Source: an uncultured Coriobacteriia bacterium (lineage in GTDB: Bacteria; Actinomycetota; Coriobacteriia; Coriobacteriales; QAMH01). From it: a stretch of 64,000 nucleotides of DNA. The notes beneath the pieces are model-generated. The model worked only from the letters and a program-made list of their open reading frames with translations, did no database searches and was not told the DNA's origin. Position 1 is the first letter of the stretch. Every line of letters begins with the position of its first letter. The position numbers and the translations under genes were made by a program. The stretch lies in contig CAUHSG010000003.1 of the NCBI GenBank assembly GCA_959608885.1, forward strand, positions 66,470 to 130,469, in the 5' to 3' direction. This document shows positions 1 to 10,061 of the stretch, piece after piece.

Positions 1-136
1 GGGGATTACTGATGTTCTAATCGGATGACCTCGTCGCGATGAAACGCAGTCAAATGAGGTGCGTCTCCCGAAGAGGGACTGACTTGAGCTACCATGATGG
101 ACAAGAGGTACCGTTGCAGGAGGAATAGACTTCACC

Positions 137-1066
137 ATGCGCATCGACACGCTTTACGAGTTCATTTTGCTCGCGACCAACTTGAACTTCACCGATACCG
201 CCAAGAGCTTCTTCATAGCCCAGTCTGCACTGAGCAATCACATCTCCAAGTTGGAGCGTGAGCTGGGCGCGAAACTGTTCACCAGGGACAACAGGTCCGT
301 TGCTCTCACCAAGGTGGGAAAGACGTTTCTCGAAGACGCGAAGAAGATCGTCGCAGATTACGAGCGTGCCCTCGATAACGTGGCCATGTGCCGTCAGGGG
401 ACATCGTCGCTTCTGCGCATAGGGTTTCTCCTCGGATCCTTCGGCTCCTTTCTTCCCGCGACCTGCCTTCGTTACCGGGAAGAACATCCGGACGTCGAGT
501 TCTCGCTCAAGGTCCTCGACATCGGCGAGGTCCAGGCGGCATTGAACGATGATCAGATAGACATCGGATTCACGGTGTTCGCGCATGAATTGCAGGGCGG
601 TGGATTCGACTACCGTGTCATCTACGAGGACCGCTACAAGCTGGCCGTCCCAAAGACCCATCACCTGGCAAAGAAGGAGAGCCTTCAGCTCGCGGACCTG
701 AAGGGCGAGAAGCTAATGGCCCCTCGCTTCAATCCGCTCAAGGGCACTCTCGCTGAGATGAACGTCATGCTGCGCAATGCGGGAATCGAGGTGCTCAGCA
801 ACCAGCATGTCGTCGACGCCGCTTCGCTCATGACGACTTTGGTTGCCACAAATCAAGTGGCGTTGGCGCTGGATCATCTGAGTGTCTACGATGGCCGTGG
901 TGATTTGAAGTTCCTTCCCATCGAGGACGAGCGCATCAGAATTTGTGCTGGCCCCATGTGGCTGCGCTCCAACGACAAGGAGACCATAGTCCCCTTTGTG
1001 GAGTATCTATGCGATGCGTGTGTTGGCCTCACGAAAGAGGAGCTCTTCTCGGGCAGGCCGTTTTAA
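137..1066 (+). CDS. LysR-family transcriptional regulator
   Basis: 309-aa ORF. N-terminal LysR-type HTH (FTDTAKSFFIAQSALSNHISKLERELGAKLFTR) followed by a ~200-aa effector-binding-type domain. Confidence 0.9.
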   Translation: MRIDTLYEFILLATNLNFTDTAKSFFIAQSALSNHISKLERELGAKLFTRDNRSVALTKVGKTFLEDAKKIVADYERALDNVAMCRQGTSSLLRIGFLLGSFGSFLPATCLRYREEHPDVEFSLKVLDIGEVQAALNDDQIDIGFTVFAHELQGGGFDYRVIYEDRYKLAVPKTHHLAKKESLQLADLKGEKLMAPRFNPLKGTLAEMNVMLRNAGIEVLSNQHVVDAASLMTTLVATNQVALALDHLSVYDGRGDLKFLPIEDERIRICAGPMWLRSNDKETIVPFVEYLCDACVGLTKEELFSGRPF

Positions 1067-1278
1067 TCTAGCGCGATCGACCTTTGCTGTATGCAGTTTC
1101 CGTATCAGTGCGTTTCATGAAAGGCTTCCCGCCGTGCACAGTATGCACAGCTGGGACCTTCGATATCTGTATTTGGGGCTAAAGCCTCGGCCTTTCTATA
1201 ATCCGCGGCGAGAGGGGTGACGGCTGTCCTTTGGCCTGCTCCCTGAACGGATGAGTGCCATTCGGCAAGGAGAGCCCC

Positions 1279-2538
1279 ATGAAGAAACCGTTTTATGGAA
1301 ACCGCCTGATTGGCATATTGGGGTTCATGTACTTCTGCTCGTCAGGAGTGATTCTCCCTGCCGCCAACGTCATCAATCCCCTTATGCTCGAAGATGCCTC
1401 GATGGGGCTCACGGGCACCCTGTTGGGCATGGGCTTTTCCCTCTTCGTCCTCTTCCAGGGGCTGTCAGCGCCCGTTATCGGCGCCTTGATCGATCGCATC
1501 GGAGCAAGGCTCACCATGGCTATCGGTGCCGTCGCCCTGCTTGGGGCCTCGCTGGCCCTCGCCTTCCTGGTCTCGTCTCCCATCGCGTACTTCATCTGCT
1601 TCGGCATCATCGCGAGCGTGGGAGCGATGATGGCGGGCCAGCTCTCGACCCAAAGCACCATAGGTGCCTGGTTTGTCGCCCGAAGAGGCGTTGCCATGAC
1701 GGCGACGATGTTCATCGGGGCAAGTTCCGCTTTCTTGCTGCCCCCCGTCATCGAGGCGATTATCGGCTCCTGCGGCGGCTCCTGGCATAGCGGGTGGTAT
1801 CTGATCGCCGTCTTGAGTGTCGCCATGATTCCCGTGGCGCTCCTATTGGTCAAGAACAAGCCATCCGATCTTGGCCAGCTTCCAGATGGAGCCAGCGGTG
1901 CGGGTGATATGGCCGAGAAGCGCAAGGACTTCAAGGTTTTCAAGCGCGAGGAATCGTTTGCTTTCCCCCAGGTTCTCAGAACCCCCGCCTTTTGGCTCAT
2001 CGCCCTCGCGGCGACGGGAGGCTTTGCAGCCTACAGCTTTGCCACGTCCCAGGGCATGATTCACTTCACGACAATCGGCATCGAGCGCTCCGCCGTGGTC
2101 ATGGGCGTTTCCGTCATGGGAGGCGCGAGCCTGCTGGGAAAGCTCGTCATGGGATCGCTGTCCGACAGGGTCGAGCCGGTGCGCATCATCAGCATTGCCG
2201 CCCTGCTCATCGCCGCGGGAATACTGACGGCTGCCGTCGCCTTCAACGGTGCCATGATGCTCATCTACTACTTCTGCACGGGATTCGGCTTCGGTGCCAT
2301 TACGGCGACCTTTCCCACGGCAATCGCAAACTACTTCGGTGCCGGCGCGTTTTCCAAGAGCCTGGGCGTGGGCATATTCGTCACCACGATCATCGCCTCG
2401 GTTCTGCCTCTGGCAGGGGGTGTCATCTACGACGCCTGCGGCTCCTGTTCTCCGGCGTTCTTCCTTGCCGCGGTGGTTGTCGTCTGCTGTGCGGTGTGTG
2501 GTTTCTTCGTCAGGTTCCCCAAGAGGTCAGTTATCTAG
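1279..2538 (+). CDS. MFS transporter (oxalate/formate-antiporter-like by appearance)
   Basis: ORF 1255..2538. Start placed at ATG 1279 because AAGGAGAG sits at 1267-1274. Roughly 12 hydrophobic helices and an MFS loop motif (GALIDRIGARL). Confidence 0.85.
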   Translation: MKKPFYGNRLIGILGFMYFCSSGVILPAANVINPLMLEDASMGLTGTLLGMGFSLFVLFQGLSAPVIGALIDRIGARLTMAIGAVALLGASLALAFLVSSPIAYFICFGIIASVGAMMAGQLSTQSTIGAWFVARRGVAMTATMFIGASSAFLLPPVIEAIIGSCGGSWHSGWYLIAVLSVAMIPVALLLVKNKPSDLGQLPDGASGAGDMAEKRKDFKVFKREESFAFPQVLRTPAFWLIALAATGGFAAYSFATSQGMIHFTTIGIERSAVVMGVSVMGGASLLGKLVMGSLSDRVEPVRIISIAALLIAAGILTAAVAFNGAMMLIYYFCTGFGFGAITATFPTAIANYFGAGAFSKSLGVGIFVTTIIASVLPLAGGVIYDACGSCSPAFFLAAVVVVCCAVCGFFVRFPKRSVI

Positions 2539-2690
2539 TTTGCCAATCAGTAATCGGATTATCGAATCACGACTTCCTCAAGCCCGTACATACAATCAAG
2601 CTAGAACTGGGAGGTTGGAGAGGAGGAGGGTTATAGAGGACATGAAGAAGTGAGAAATACCGATTTTCTAGTATCAAAGGAGGAAAAGGA

Positions 2691-4106
2691 GTGGAAAGTA
2701 CAAACGTATCAATGCCAAAACGCCTGATTGGCATTGCCATTGCTGCAATCTGCATCATCGTATCTTGCTTCATTCCGGGCAGCGAGGCGCTATCCGCCGA
2801 GGGCGCTAGGGCCTTGGGCCTGCTGTTGGCCCTCGTTGCCTTGTGGATCACCTCTGCGCTGCCTCTGGGCGTCACCGCACTGCTCATCGTCGTGCTGTGC
2901 CCCGTGCTCGGAGTCGTGCCCAATCTCGGAGGCGCCATCGGTGGCTTCGCGAGCCCCCCGCTGTTCTTCATCATCGCGGTGTTCTCGCTGCCGGTCATCA
3001 TGATGAAAACCAACTGGGGCGTTCGTCTCATGAACGCGCTTCTCAAGTGGACGGGTAACAATACGCGCAAGCTCGTGCTCGGCTTCATGATCGCGACGAC
3101 CATCGTGTCCATGATCATGTCCGACGTGCCCTGCACCGTCTTGTTCATGGGCTTCGCGCTCACGATCCTCAAGGCGGCGGATGCAAAGCCCCTCAAGTCC
3201 AACCTCGGACGCTGCCTCATGATCGGCATTCCCGTTGCGGCCGTTACCGGCGGCATGGCTACTCCCGCCGGTAGCTCCTTCAACGTGGTCGCGATGGGCA
3301 TCATGCAGAAGGTGACCGGAGGCGCGGGCGTGTCCTTCCTGGACTGGGTTATCGTCGCCCTGCCGGTCGTCATCCTCATGACTCCGATCACCTGGTTCTT
3401 CATCACCCAGATCTTCAAGCCCGAGCCCATTTCCGATTCTTGCCTGCAGGGCATTCGCGACCAGGCTGCTGCAGCTACCAAGGTCGAGCCTCACGAGGTC
3501 AAGGCCATCATCATCATTGTCGGCCTGTTGGTGCTCTGGATTGTCGGCAACTGGGTTCCCCTGCTCAACGCGACCGTGGTGGCCCTCATCGGCCTGGCGG
3601 TCATGTTCCTTCCGGGCATCGAGCTTCTCTCGTGGAAGGAATTCCAGGAGTCCGTGCCCTGGGGTATCGTGATCATGTGCGGCACCATCATGTCCTTGGG
3701 CAGCGTCGTCGAGAACACCGGCGCCGCCACGTTCCTTGCCGGACTCATCACCGACAGCGGCATCATGAGCCTGAACTTCGTCCTTGCCCTGGGCATCATG
3801 CTCGCCCTGCTGTACCTGCTCCACACGTTCTGCCCCATCGGCGTTGCCATCCTCGGCATCTTCCTGCCTGTTCTCATCACCATGTGCGCAGGCTTCGGGG
3901 TGTCCCCCGCGGTTCCCACCATCGCGCTGGCCGTCGTGGTCGCAGGCAACTACATCGCCCCTGTGAATCCCACCGTCATGCTGACGTTTGGCGAAGGTTA
4001 CTTCACCTTTGGCGATATGGTGAAGACGGGCATCGTTCCCGCCATCGCGCTCATCGTCATCATGTCCCTGTGGATGCCCTTCATCTGCGGCGCCCTTGGA
4101 ATATAG
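2691..4106 (+). CDS. DASS/SLC13-family anion (di/tricarboxylate-type) symporter
   Basis: 471-aa polytopic ORF starting at GTG 2691 behind AAGGAGGAAAAGGAG. Hairpin-loop-like motif GGMATPAGSSFNVV and overall helix pattern match DASS permeases as I remember them. Confidence 0.85.
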   Translation: MESTNVSMPKRLIGIAIAAICIIVSCFIPGSEALSAEGARALGLLLALVALWITSALPLGVTALLIVVLCPVLGVVPNLGGAIGGFASPPLFFIIAVFSLPVIMMKTNWGVRLMNALLKWTGNNTRKLVLGFMIATTIVSMIMSDVPCTVLFMGFALTILKAADAKPLKSNLGRCLMIGIPVAAVTGGMATPAGSSFNVVAMGIMQKVTGGAGVSFLDWVIVALPVVILMTPITWFFITQIFKPEPISDSCLQGIRDQAAAATKVEPHEVKAIIIIVGLLVLWIVGNWVPLLNATVVALIGLAVMFLPGIELLSWKEFQESVPWGIVIMCGTIMSLGSVVENTGAATFLAGLITDSGIMSLNFVLALGIMLALLYLLHTFCPIGVAILGIFLPVLITMCAGFGVSPAVPTIALAVVVAGNYIAPVNPTVMLTFGEGYFTFGDMVKTGIVPAIALIVIMSLWMPFICGALGI

Positions 4107-4184
4107 CCCTGAGGGTTCGAGTCGGGAAGCTTGCCAGCTCATCGAGCTTCCCGACCATCCATCAAATGAGCTGCCCGCATAGGA

Positions 4185-4224
4185 AAGGGCCCCGGGAATT
4201 CGCTGAGGAATTCCCGGGGCCCTT
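4185..4224. terminator. Perfect 17-bp-stem palindrome between convergent transporter and fixX genes (probable bidirectional terminator)
   Basis: AAGGGCCCCGGGAATTC-gctgag-GAATTCCCGGGGCCCTT read directly. A second hairpin GTCGGGAAGCT-n13-AGCTTCCCGAC lies at 4121-4155. Confidence 0.6.
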
Positions 4225-4252
4225 CGCGTGCATCCCAAAGGTGATTCCCGCC

Positions 4253-4549
4253 CTAGCCGAATCGATACTCCACGCCCATCGTCGCCTCGGGAAACTTCCA
4301 CTTGCTCACGACGGTGCCCTCGCACAGGACGCGACAGGTGCCGCATTCCAGGCAGCCGGCGTAATCGAAGGACCTGGCTCCGTCTTCGTCTCGCTTGTAG
4401 AGGGCGGCCGGGCAGACCTTCACCAGCTTGTCGAATTCGGCGTCGTCAAGATCGTCTGCTAGGGTGATGTGGGGGTTGCCCTCGTCCACCTCGTACTTGT
4501 TGACCGCCAGGTATTCATCCATGTTGACGGTAATGGCATTCTCGCTCAT
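4253..4549 (-). CDS. fixX: FixX-type ferredoxin-like protein
   Basis: 98-aa C-terminal part of ORF 4253..4921, from MSENAITV. Cys pattern CPAALY...CLECGTCRVLC is typical of FixX. Its ATG overlaps the fixC stop as ATGA at 4546-4549. Confidence 0.9.
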   Translation of the reverse strand: MSENAITVNMDEYLAVNKYEVDEGNPHITLADDLDDAEFDKLVKVCPAALYKRDEDGARSFDYAGCLECGTCRVLCEGTVVSKWKFPEATMGVEYRFG

Positions 4550-5838
4550 AGCGCTTTCAGGGCTCCTCTCACATCTTTGAGGGCACTCATGACGCCCACT
4601 TTCTTGATAATGGGCTTCAACTTGGATTTGAGGGGTTCGACGGGTGTTCCGTCGATTAGGAACAGGGCGTCCATTACGTTCGCCGCGGCCTGTGGGTATA
4701 AGCCGAACATGCGGTCGAAGTTTTCGAGAAAGGCGGGTACGTCCTTGTATCGGCGCAAATCCTCCATGACGAAGGTGGATTCGAGGGCATCGACATAGCC
4801 CTGAAGGCCCGCCTTGGAGGTATCGCCCGAATCGATGGCCCTGGCGGCCTGCTGCCCCGCCAATTGTCCGGCGGCAATGGCGTAGTCCATGCCGCGCACC
4901 ATATAGCCGAGGTTGATGCACATCATGGCGCTGTCGCCCGCGAGCATGACTCCATCGCCCGTCAGCGGCGGCATGATGTTGACGCCGCCCTCCGGCACCA
5001 TGTGTCCGGAATGCTCCACCACCTTGGCGTCATGAATCAGGGGCGCCACGGAAGGGTGGTTCTTCAAGTCCTCGAGCATCTGGTAAACGGGTTTGTCCTT
5101 GCCGGAGGCGCAGGCTTCGATGCCAGCCACCACTCCCAGGGAGATGCTCTCCCTGTTGGTGTACATGAAGCCGCCCCCGAAGACGCCATGGGTGGCATCG
5201 CCGACGAAGAGCCAGGCGGCACCCTCTCCGTCTGCGCATAGCAGTCGGTCGCTCACGGTCTTCTTGTCGAGCATGAAGACTTCCTTGACGCCGATGGCAA
5301 CCTGGGATGCGGGGGGCTTGTCGTAGCCGACGGCATCCTTTGCGAGCAGGGAGTTCACGCCGTCGCAGAGGATGACCACCTCTGCGGTGATCTCGTCTTC
5401 GCCGGCGCGAATGCCGCAGACCTTACCGGACGCGTCCTTGACGAGCGACTCGACGGGAATGCCGTAGATGGTCTCGGCACCGGCCGCCTCGGCCTTGCCG
5501 GCGAGCCACTGGTCGAAGGGGGCCCGGAGCACGGAATAGGAGACGTTATCCTCTGCGCGCATGGCCTCGGACGTGAAGTCCATGGTTAGGTTGGCCTCCT
5601 GCGTCATCAGGGAGATGCGCTCGCGGGTGATCTTGCGTTCCAGCGGGGCCTCGCTCTCGAAATCGGGAAAGACCTTGCGTAGGGAGTGAGCATAAATGCG
5701 TCCGCCGGTCATGTTCTTTGCGCCGGCGAAGTTGCCCCTCTCTATGAGCAGCACCTCCTTGCCGGCTTTCGCCAACTCGTAGGCGGCGACCGAGCCCGCA
5801 CAGCCCGCGCCCACTACGATAGCGTCGAAATCAGCCAT
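4546..5838 (-). CDS. fixC: FixC-type FAD-dependent oxidoreductase (ETF-quinone oxidoreductase family)
   Basis: 430 aa. N-terminal dinucleotide fold DAIVVGAGCAGSVAAYELAKAG. AAGGAGGAAAG RBS upstream. Sits immediately 5' of fixX. Confidence 0.9.
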   Translation of the reverse strand: MADFDAIVVGAGCAGSVAAYELAKAGKEVLLIERGNFAGAKNMTGGRIYAHSLRKVFPDFESEAPLERKITRERISLMTQEANLTMDFTSEAMRAEDNVSYSVLRAPFDQWLAGKAEAAGAETIYGIPVESLVKDASGKVCGIRAGEDEITAEVVILCDGVNSLLAKDAVGYDKPPASQVAIGVKEVFMLDKKTVSDRLLCADGEGAAWLFVGDATHGVFGGGFMYTNRESISLGVVAGIEACASGKDKPVYQMLEDLKNHPSVAPLIHDAKVVEHSGHMVPEGGVNIMPPLTGDGVMLAGDSAMMCINLGYMVRGMDYAIAAGQLAGQQAARAIDSGDTSKAGLQGYVDALESTFVMEDLRRYKDVPAFLENFDRMFGLYPQAAANVMDALFLIDGTPVEPLKSKLKPIIKKVGVMSALKDVRGALKAL

Positions 5839-5847
5839 CTTTCCTCC

Positions 5848-7398
5848 TTAGTCCGGGCTGTCTTCCTTCAACAACGCGATGAGTTCGTCAAGGCGCTCCC
5901 TGGGCACCTTGCCCGAGACGAGGCGCTTCAGATCGTCGACGAAGATGACCCGGCGCGGCTTCTTGAACCCACCGAGTTGCAACGTGCAGTAGTCCTGGAC
6001 GTCCTGTTCGGTCACGGAGGCGCCGGGTTCGAGCACCACGAATGTTGCCAGGGATTCACCCCAGCGCTCGTCCGGCACTCCCGTCACCGCGACGTCGGCG
6101 ATGAAGGACCCCATCGACTCGATGCAAGAGGCCACTTCTGAGGGATAGACGTTTTCTCCGCCGCTCACCACCAGGTCGTTTTTCCTGCCCGAGAGTGTCA
6201 GGTATCCGTCCGAATCCACATAGCCCATGTCCTGCGTCGAGCACCACCCATCTTGCATGACCTCTCGCGATGCGGCGGCGTTCTTCCAGTATCCGCTCAT
6301 GGCGCAAGGGCTCTTCACTTGTATTTCTCCCACCACTCCTTCCCGGCAGGGCAGCCCCTCGTCATTGACGATGCGAACCTGGGTCCTGGGTACCGGTCGT
6401 CCGACCGTGGAAAGCAGCTCCCGCTTCTCGTGATCTTCGGGAGTAAGGATGGTTACCGTCGAGGCCATCTCCGTCATTCCGTATCCCTGTAGGAGCTTGC
6501 ATCCGAGAAGATCGCGGCAGCGCTCGATGAGGTCGGGGCTTGCGGGCTCGGCGCCGTAGATGATGAGTTCGAGGGTGTCTGCGGTAAGGCCGTGCTCCTC
6601 CACATACGAGCAAAGTGAGCGCATATGATAGGGGACGAGTCCGATTCTGGTGATTCCGTAGCGGGTCACGGTTTCCATGATGCTGCAGGGATCGGAGGAA
6701 TTCCCGATGACCGCGGCTCCGCCTGCCGAGAGGACGGCGAATACGGACATGCAGGTGGTGTGGAAGAAGGGCAGCACGAACAACATGGAGTCTCTGGAAG
6801 AGAACCCCATCGACTCCATGTCTATGGCAATGCGGTTCGCAATCGCCCTGTGAGAGAACAAGACTCCCTTGGGAGTTCCCGTCGTGCCACTCGTGAACAT
6901 CATGAGCACGGGATCCTCGTCATCCGCCGGCTTTTGGTCAGGCGGCGCGGGGGCTCTTTCGAGAAACTCCTCGTACGGGATTGTGTCGTCTAAAAGGCCC
7001 TCCTCGTGCCCGAACACGACCGTGGTCTCGATTGAGCCAGAAGAGGGCAAATGCGGGCCCAGGCGCTCCCATGCGTCGGCAGAGAGAACGGCGAGAGAGG
7101 CACCGGAACGCGCTATCAGTTCGAGAAGCGTCTGGTCCGAGAGCCGTATGTTGTGGATCTCGCAGACCGCCCCTATGCGAGAGCACGCCAGCGTCAGCTC
7201 GGCGAAGACCGCCGAGTTTGCGCTGACGTAGACCACGTGGTCTCCGCTGCTCACCCCGCGGGATGCCAATGCGCCTGCCAGCCTCTCCACGCGGGCGTGG
7301 AGCTGCGAGTACGTGCAGGCGCGGTGTCCCTCGATGATGGCGGGGGAGTCCGGAAAGCGGGTGAACGAGTCGCTGAACGCCTGGTCCAAGCGCATCAT
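5848..7398 (-). CDS. AMP-dependent acyl-CoA synthetase/ligase (CaiC-like position)
   Basis: 516 aa. AMP-binding signature FTSGTTGTPKGV and C-terminal SGKVPR motif. Its start overlaps the upstream CoA-transferase stop as ATGA (7395-7398). Confidence 0.9.
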   Translation of the reverse strand: MMRLDQAFSDSFTRFPDSPAIIEGHRACTYSQLHARVERLAGALASRGVSSGDHVVYVSANSAVFAELTLACSRIGAVCEIHNIRLSDQTLLELIARSGASLAVLSADAWERLGPHLPSSGSIETTVVFGHEEGLLDDTIPYEEFLERAPAPPDQKPADDEDPVLMMFTSGTTGTPKGVLFSHRAIANRIAIDMESMGFSSRDSMLFVLPFFHTTCMSVFAVLSAGGAAVIGNSSDPCSIMETVTRYGITRIGLVPYHMRSLCSYVEEHGLTADTLELIIYGAEPASPDLIERCRDLLGCKLLQGYGMTEMASTVTILTPEDHEKRELLSTVGRPVPRTQVRIVNDEGLPCREGVVGEIQVKSPCAMSGYWKNAAASREVMQDGWCSTQDMGYVDSDGYLTLSGRKNDLVVSGGENVYPSEVASCIESMGSFIADVAVTGVPDERWGESLATFVVLEPGASVTEQDVQDYCTLQLGGFKKPRRVIFVDDLKRLVSGKVPRERLDELIALLKEDSPD

Positions 7399-8636
7399 AG
7401 CCCTCCGACGTAGTCAGACTTTCTCAGTAGCCCATCTTCGTACATCTTCTCGATTTCCTGGGCGGTGAAGCCGATTTCCTCGAGAATGTCATCGTTGTCC
7501 ATTCCCTGCGAAGGGCAGCCTCTCCAAATCTGGGAGGGATTGTTCGCGAAGCGGGGAACGGACGTCACGCCCTTTACGGTTTTGCCGTCTACGGTGTCCC
7601 ACTCGACCCAGGTGTTGCGTGCGAGGTAATGGGGATGGTTTTCCATCATCTCGTAGTTCATGACCACGGAACAGGGAATGCCGACCCTGGACATGTCTTC
7701 GGCAAACTGCGTAGCCGTATGTTCGGCCGCATACGCCTCTATCGCCGAATCAAATACGGGAGCTCCGGGGCTGTGCAGCGCCACCGAGGGAATGCCTTCG
7801 GGGAAGAGCTCGCTTCCGTATTCCAGCCCGAAGAACTCCACCGCCTTCTTGGTGGTGCTTTGACCGGCCGTGAACAGGTAGACGCCCTCTCCATCCGCGC
7901 ATTCGTAGTAGCCCGCGCCGGCGGATATGTTGTCTCTGGGGGCTCCTGCCCCACGCTCTTCCTGGATTCCCTTCTCGAACCACTTTCCGAACAGGCCCGC
8001 CTGGCAGCGGACCGCCGCCTCGTACTGGGCTAGGTCGAAACTATCGCCCTTGCCCGTCTTGCAGGCGTTGACGTAGGCGGCCAGAGCGGAGCCATAGGCG
8101 AACAAGCCGGCGTAGTAGTCGGTCACGAACTTCTGGATCATGTAAGGAGGCCCGTCCTTGTACCCGTTGAGGTACATGAGACCGCTAAAGGCCCCCACCG
8201 TGAAGTCATATCCCGGCAAGCTCACGTAGTTGGGGTCTCCCGTGAGACCATATCCGGAAAGGTGTCCGATCACCAGGCGGGGGTTGTGCTCCCAGAGGAG
8301 CTGGTCGCTGTAACCCCATCTTTCCCATTGGTTTCCACGCGAGGCTTCGATGAAGATGTCCGCCGTCTCTATGAGCTTGAGGAAGACCTCGTGACCGGCG
8401 GGGGAGACCACGTCGAGCATGAGATTTCGCATGTTGCGCCGCTCGTTTTGCACGCCCCAGCCATCCTGGGTCCATCGATACGGGTCGATGCCCTTGGGAG
8501 ACTCCAGCCAGATCACGTCGGCGCCGTTTTCCGCGAAGAGCTCGCCTGCGAAGGGGCCGGCTGTGGACACGGCCGAGACGACCACCTTCATGCCTTTCAG
8601 GTTGCCGAATTGCGGCACGTCCTCGTATTTCGTCAT
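7395..8636 (-). CDS. Family III CoA-transferase, CaiB-like
   Basis: 413 aa. From memory it aligns along its length with E. coli CaiB, e.g. VPQFGNLKGMKVVV..AGPFAGELFAENGADVIW and RFANNPSQIWRGCPSQGMDNDDIL versus [30 protein letters not shown] RBS. Confidence 0.9.
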   Translation of the reverse strand: MTKYEDVPQFGNLKGMKVVVSAVSTAGPFAGELFAENGADVIWLESPKGIDPYRWTQDGWGVQNERRNMRNLMLDVVSPAGHEVFLKLIETADIFIEASRGNQWERWGYSDQLLWEHNPRLVIGHLSGYGLTGDPNYVSLPGYDFTVGAFSGLMYLNGYKDGPPYMIQKFVTDYYAGLFAYGSALAAYVNACKTGKGDSFDLAQYEAAVRCQAGLFGKWFEKGIQEERGAGAPRDNISAGAGYYECADGEGVYLFTAGQSTTKKAVEFFGLEYGSELFPEGIPSVALHSPGAPVFDSAIEAYAAEHTATQFAEDMSRVGIPCSVVMNYEMMENHPHYLARNTWVEWDTVDGKTVKGVTSVPRFANNPSQIWRGCPSQGMDNDDILEEIGFTAQEIEKMYEDGLLRKSDYVGGL

Positions 8637-8644
8637 GGCTCCTC

Positions 8645-10015
8645 CTAACGCTCGTAGTGCTCGTCGAAGAACTCGATGGCGCTGTTCACCGCCAGCTCGG
8701 TGCCGACGCCGGAGCCTCCCGCCTCCGCGCCGACGATGTAGAGTCCCTTCACGGGCGTGCAGATGGAGGGCCTGTCAACGCCCGCCTGGCCGGCTTGCTG
8801 GGCGATTCCGATTCCGGCCCCGTCTTCGCCCATGATACGGGCGGCGTCTTCGGGGAAGACCTTCTCGACGAAAACCGCATGTTCCTGCATGCCGGGGAAG
8901 TGCTCTTCGGCCACCTGGATGAGCTTGTCCAGAATGGCGGGGCAATACTTGTAATCGAGATCGCCGGGAACCGCCGTGGTCATCATGATCAGCTGCTTGC
9001 CCTCGGGGGCAATCGATGGGTCGAAGCTGGAGGGAACGACGATGAAGGAGTTGATGTCATCGGGGATCTCCCCGCGGTATAGCATCTCGCTGTATTCGCG
9101 CGGTGGCATCGTGGAGAAGTTCGACAGCATCTTGATTTCGGGACTGATCACGGTGTCCAAGGCAAAGCGCGCGATGATGGAGACGAAGGAAATCTCCAGG
9201 TTGTTCACGTACTCTGCGTATGCGGCATCGAAGTTCTCCTCGCCCGTAAGATCGAACACGGTTTCCTTGATGCCCGCGTTGGAGATTATGCAATCGGCTC
9301 GGTACTCCTCGTCGCCGGCAACGATGCCGACGGCGGTGCCATCTTCGATGATTATCCGCTCGACGGGTACGCCAAAGACCATGTCGACGCCATAGTCCTG
9401 GAGTCCCTTCATGTAGGCGTCGAGAATCGAGATGCACCCGCCATCGGGATAGCCGGACGAGCGCGCCTCCGCCTCCCACTTGAGGCAACGCGCGAATTCA
9501 CCCGCCGAAAGCCGGAATTCGGGGATGCAGCAGTAGATGAAGCCAACCTGGCTCACGCACGCATGGACGAAGGGATTTGTCGAGTACTCGTTCAGGAACT
9601 CCTCGAGCGTCTGCTTGTCGTAGGCATGGGTCTCCTCGTCGGTCATTTCCTTCACGTCGGAGACCATGCGCACGACCGCCTCGAAATCCTCGTCGGGAAC
9701 GCGCCCCTTGAGGTCGTGCGGGAAACGGAAGCTCTCGCCGCCGGCGCTCTGTATGGGGCGAACCTTCGTGAACTGGATGCCGTGGTCGACCTCGCAACGC
9801 TCGAGCAGCTTGATCAGGGGGCCGTTTTGCCCTCTTGATATCAGATGCACGCCGAAGTCGACGGTGAAGTCGTCACGTTTGGTCGATCCGATGCGTCCGC
9901 CAGGGGTGAAGCGCTTCTCGAAAAGCGCGACCTTCTTGCCGGAGTGGGCTAGCAGTAGTGCGGACGCCAAGCCGCCAACGCCAGCGCCGATCACAATTGC
10001 GTCATAGTGCTTCAT
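8645..10015 (-). CDS. FAD/NAD(P)-binding oxidoreductase, phytoene-desaturase (CrtI)-like family
   Basis: 456 aa. N-terminal YDAIVIGAGVGGLASALLLAHSGKKVALFEKRFTPGGR is a classic amine-oxidase/CrtI dinucleotide fold. RBS AAAGGAAAG. Confidence 0.85.
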   Translation of the reverse strand: MKHYDAIVIGAGVGGLASALLLAHSGKKVALFEKRFTPGGRIGSTKRDDFTVDFGVHLISRGQNGPLIKLLERCEVDHGIQFTKVRPIQSAGGESFRFPHDLKGRVPDEDFEAVVRMVSDVKEMTDEETHAYDKQTLEEFLNEYSTNPFVHACVSQVGFIYCCIPEFRLSAGEFARCLKWEAEARSSGYPDGGCISILDAYMKGLQDYGVDMVFGVPVERIIIEDGTAVGIVAGDEEYRADCIISNAGIKETVFDLTGEENFDAAYAEYVNNLEISFVSIIARFALDTVISPEIKMLSNFSTMPPREYSEMLYRGEIPDDINSFIVVPSSFDPSIAPEGKQLIMMTTAVPGDLDYKYCPAILDKLIQVAEEHFPGMQEHAVFVEKVFPEDAARIMGEDGAGIGIAQQAGQAGVDRPSICTPVKGLYIVGAEAGGSGVGTELAVNSAIEFFDEHYER

Positions 10016-10061
10016 CGTCTTTCCTTTCGGTTCGCCTGCCGGTGCGCGTATGCCAGCTCTT

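Noticed and set aside
1134-1150. Direct repeat TGCACAG-TA-TGCACAG downstream of the first LysR gene as a possible LysR box
   Set aside because: It does not fit the T-N11-A dyad expected for LysR sites, and it is a single short occurrence.
2790-4346. 518-aa minus-strand ORF antisense to the DASS transporter gene
   Set aside because: Arg/His/Asp/Gly-rich low-complexity translation typical of shadow ORFs in high-GC DNA. The plus strand encodes a coherent polytopic transporter. No RBS or family signature.
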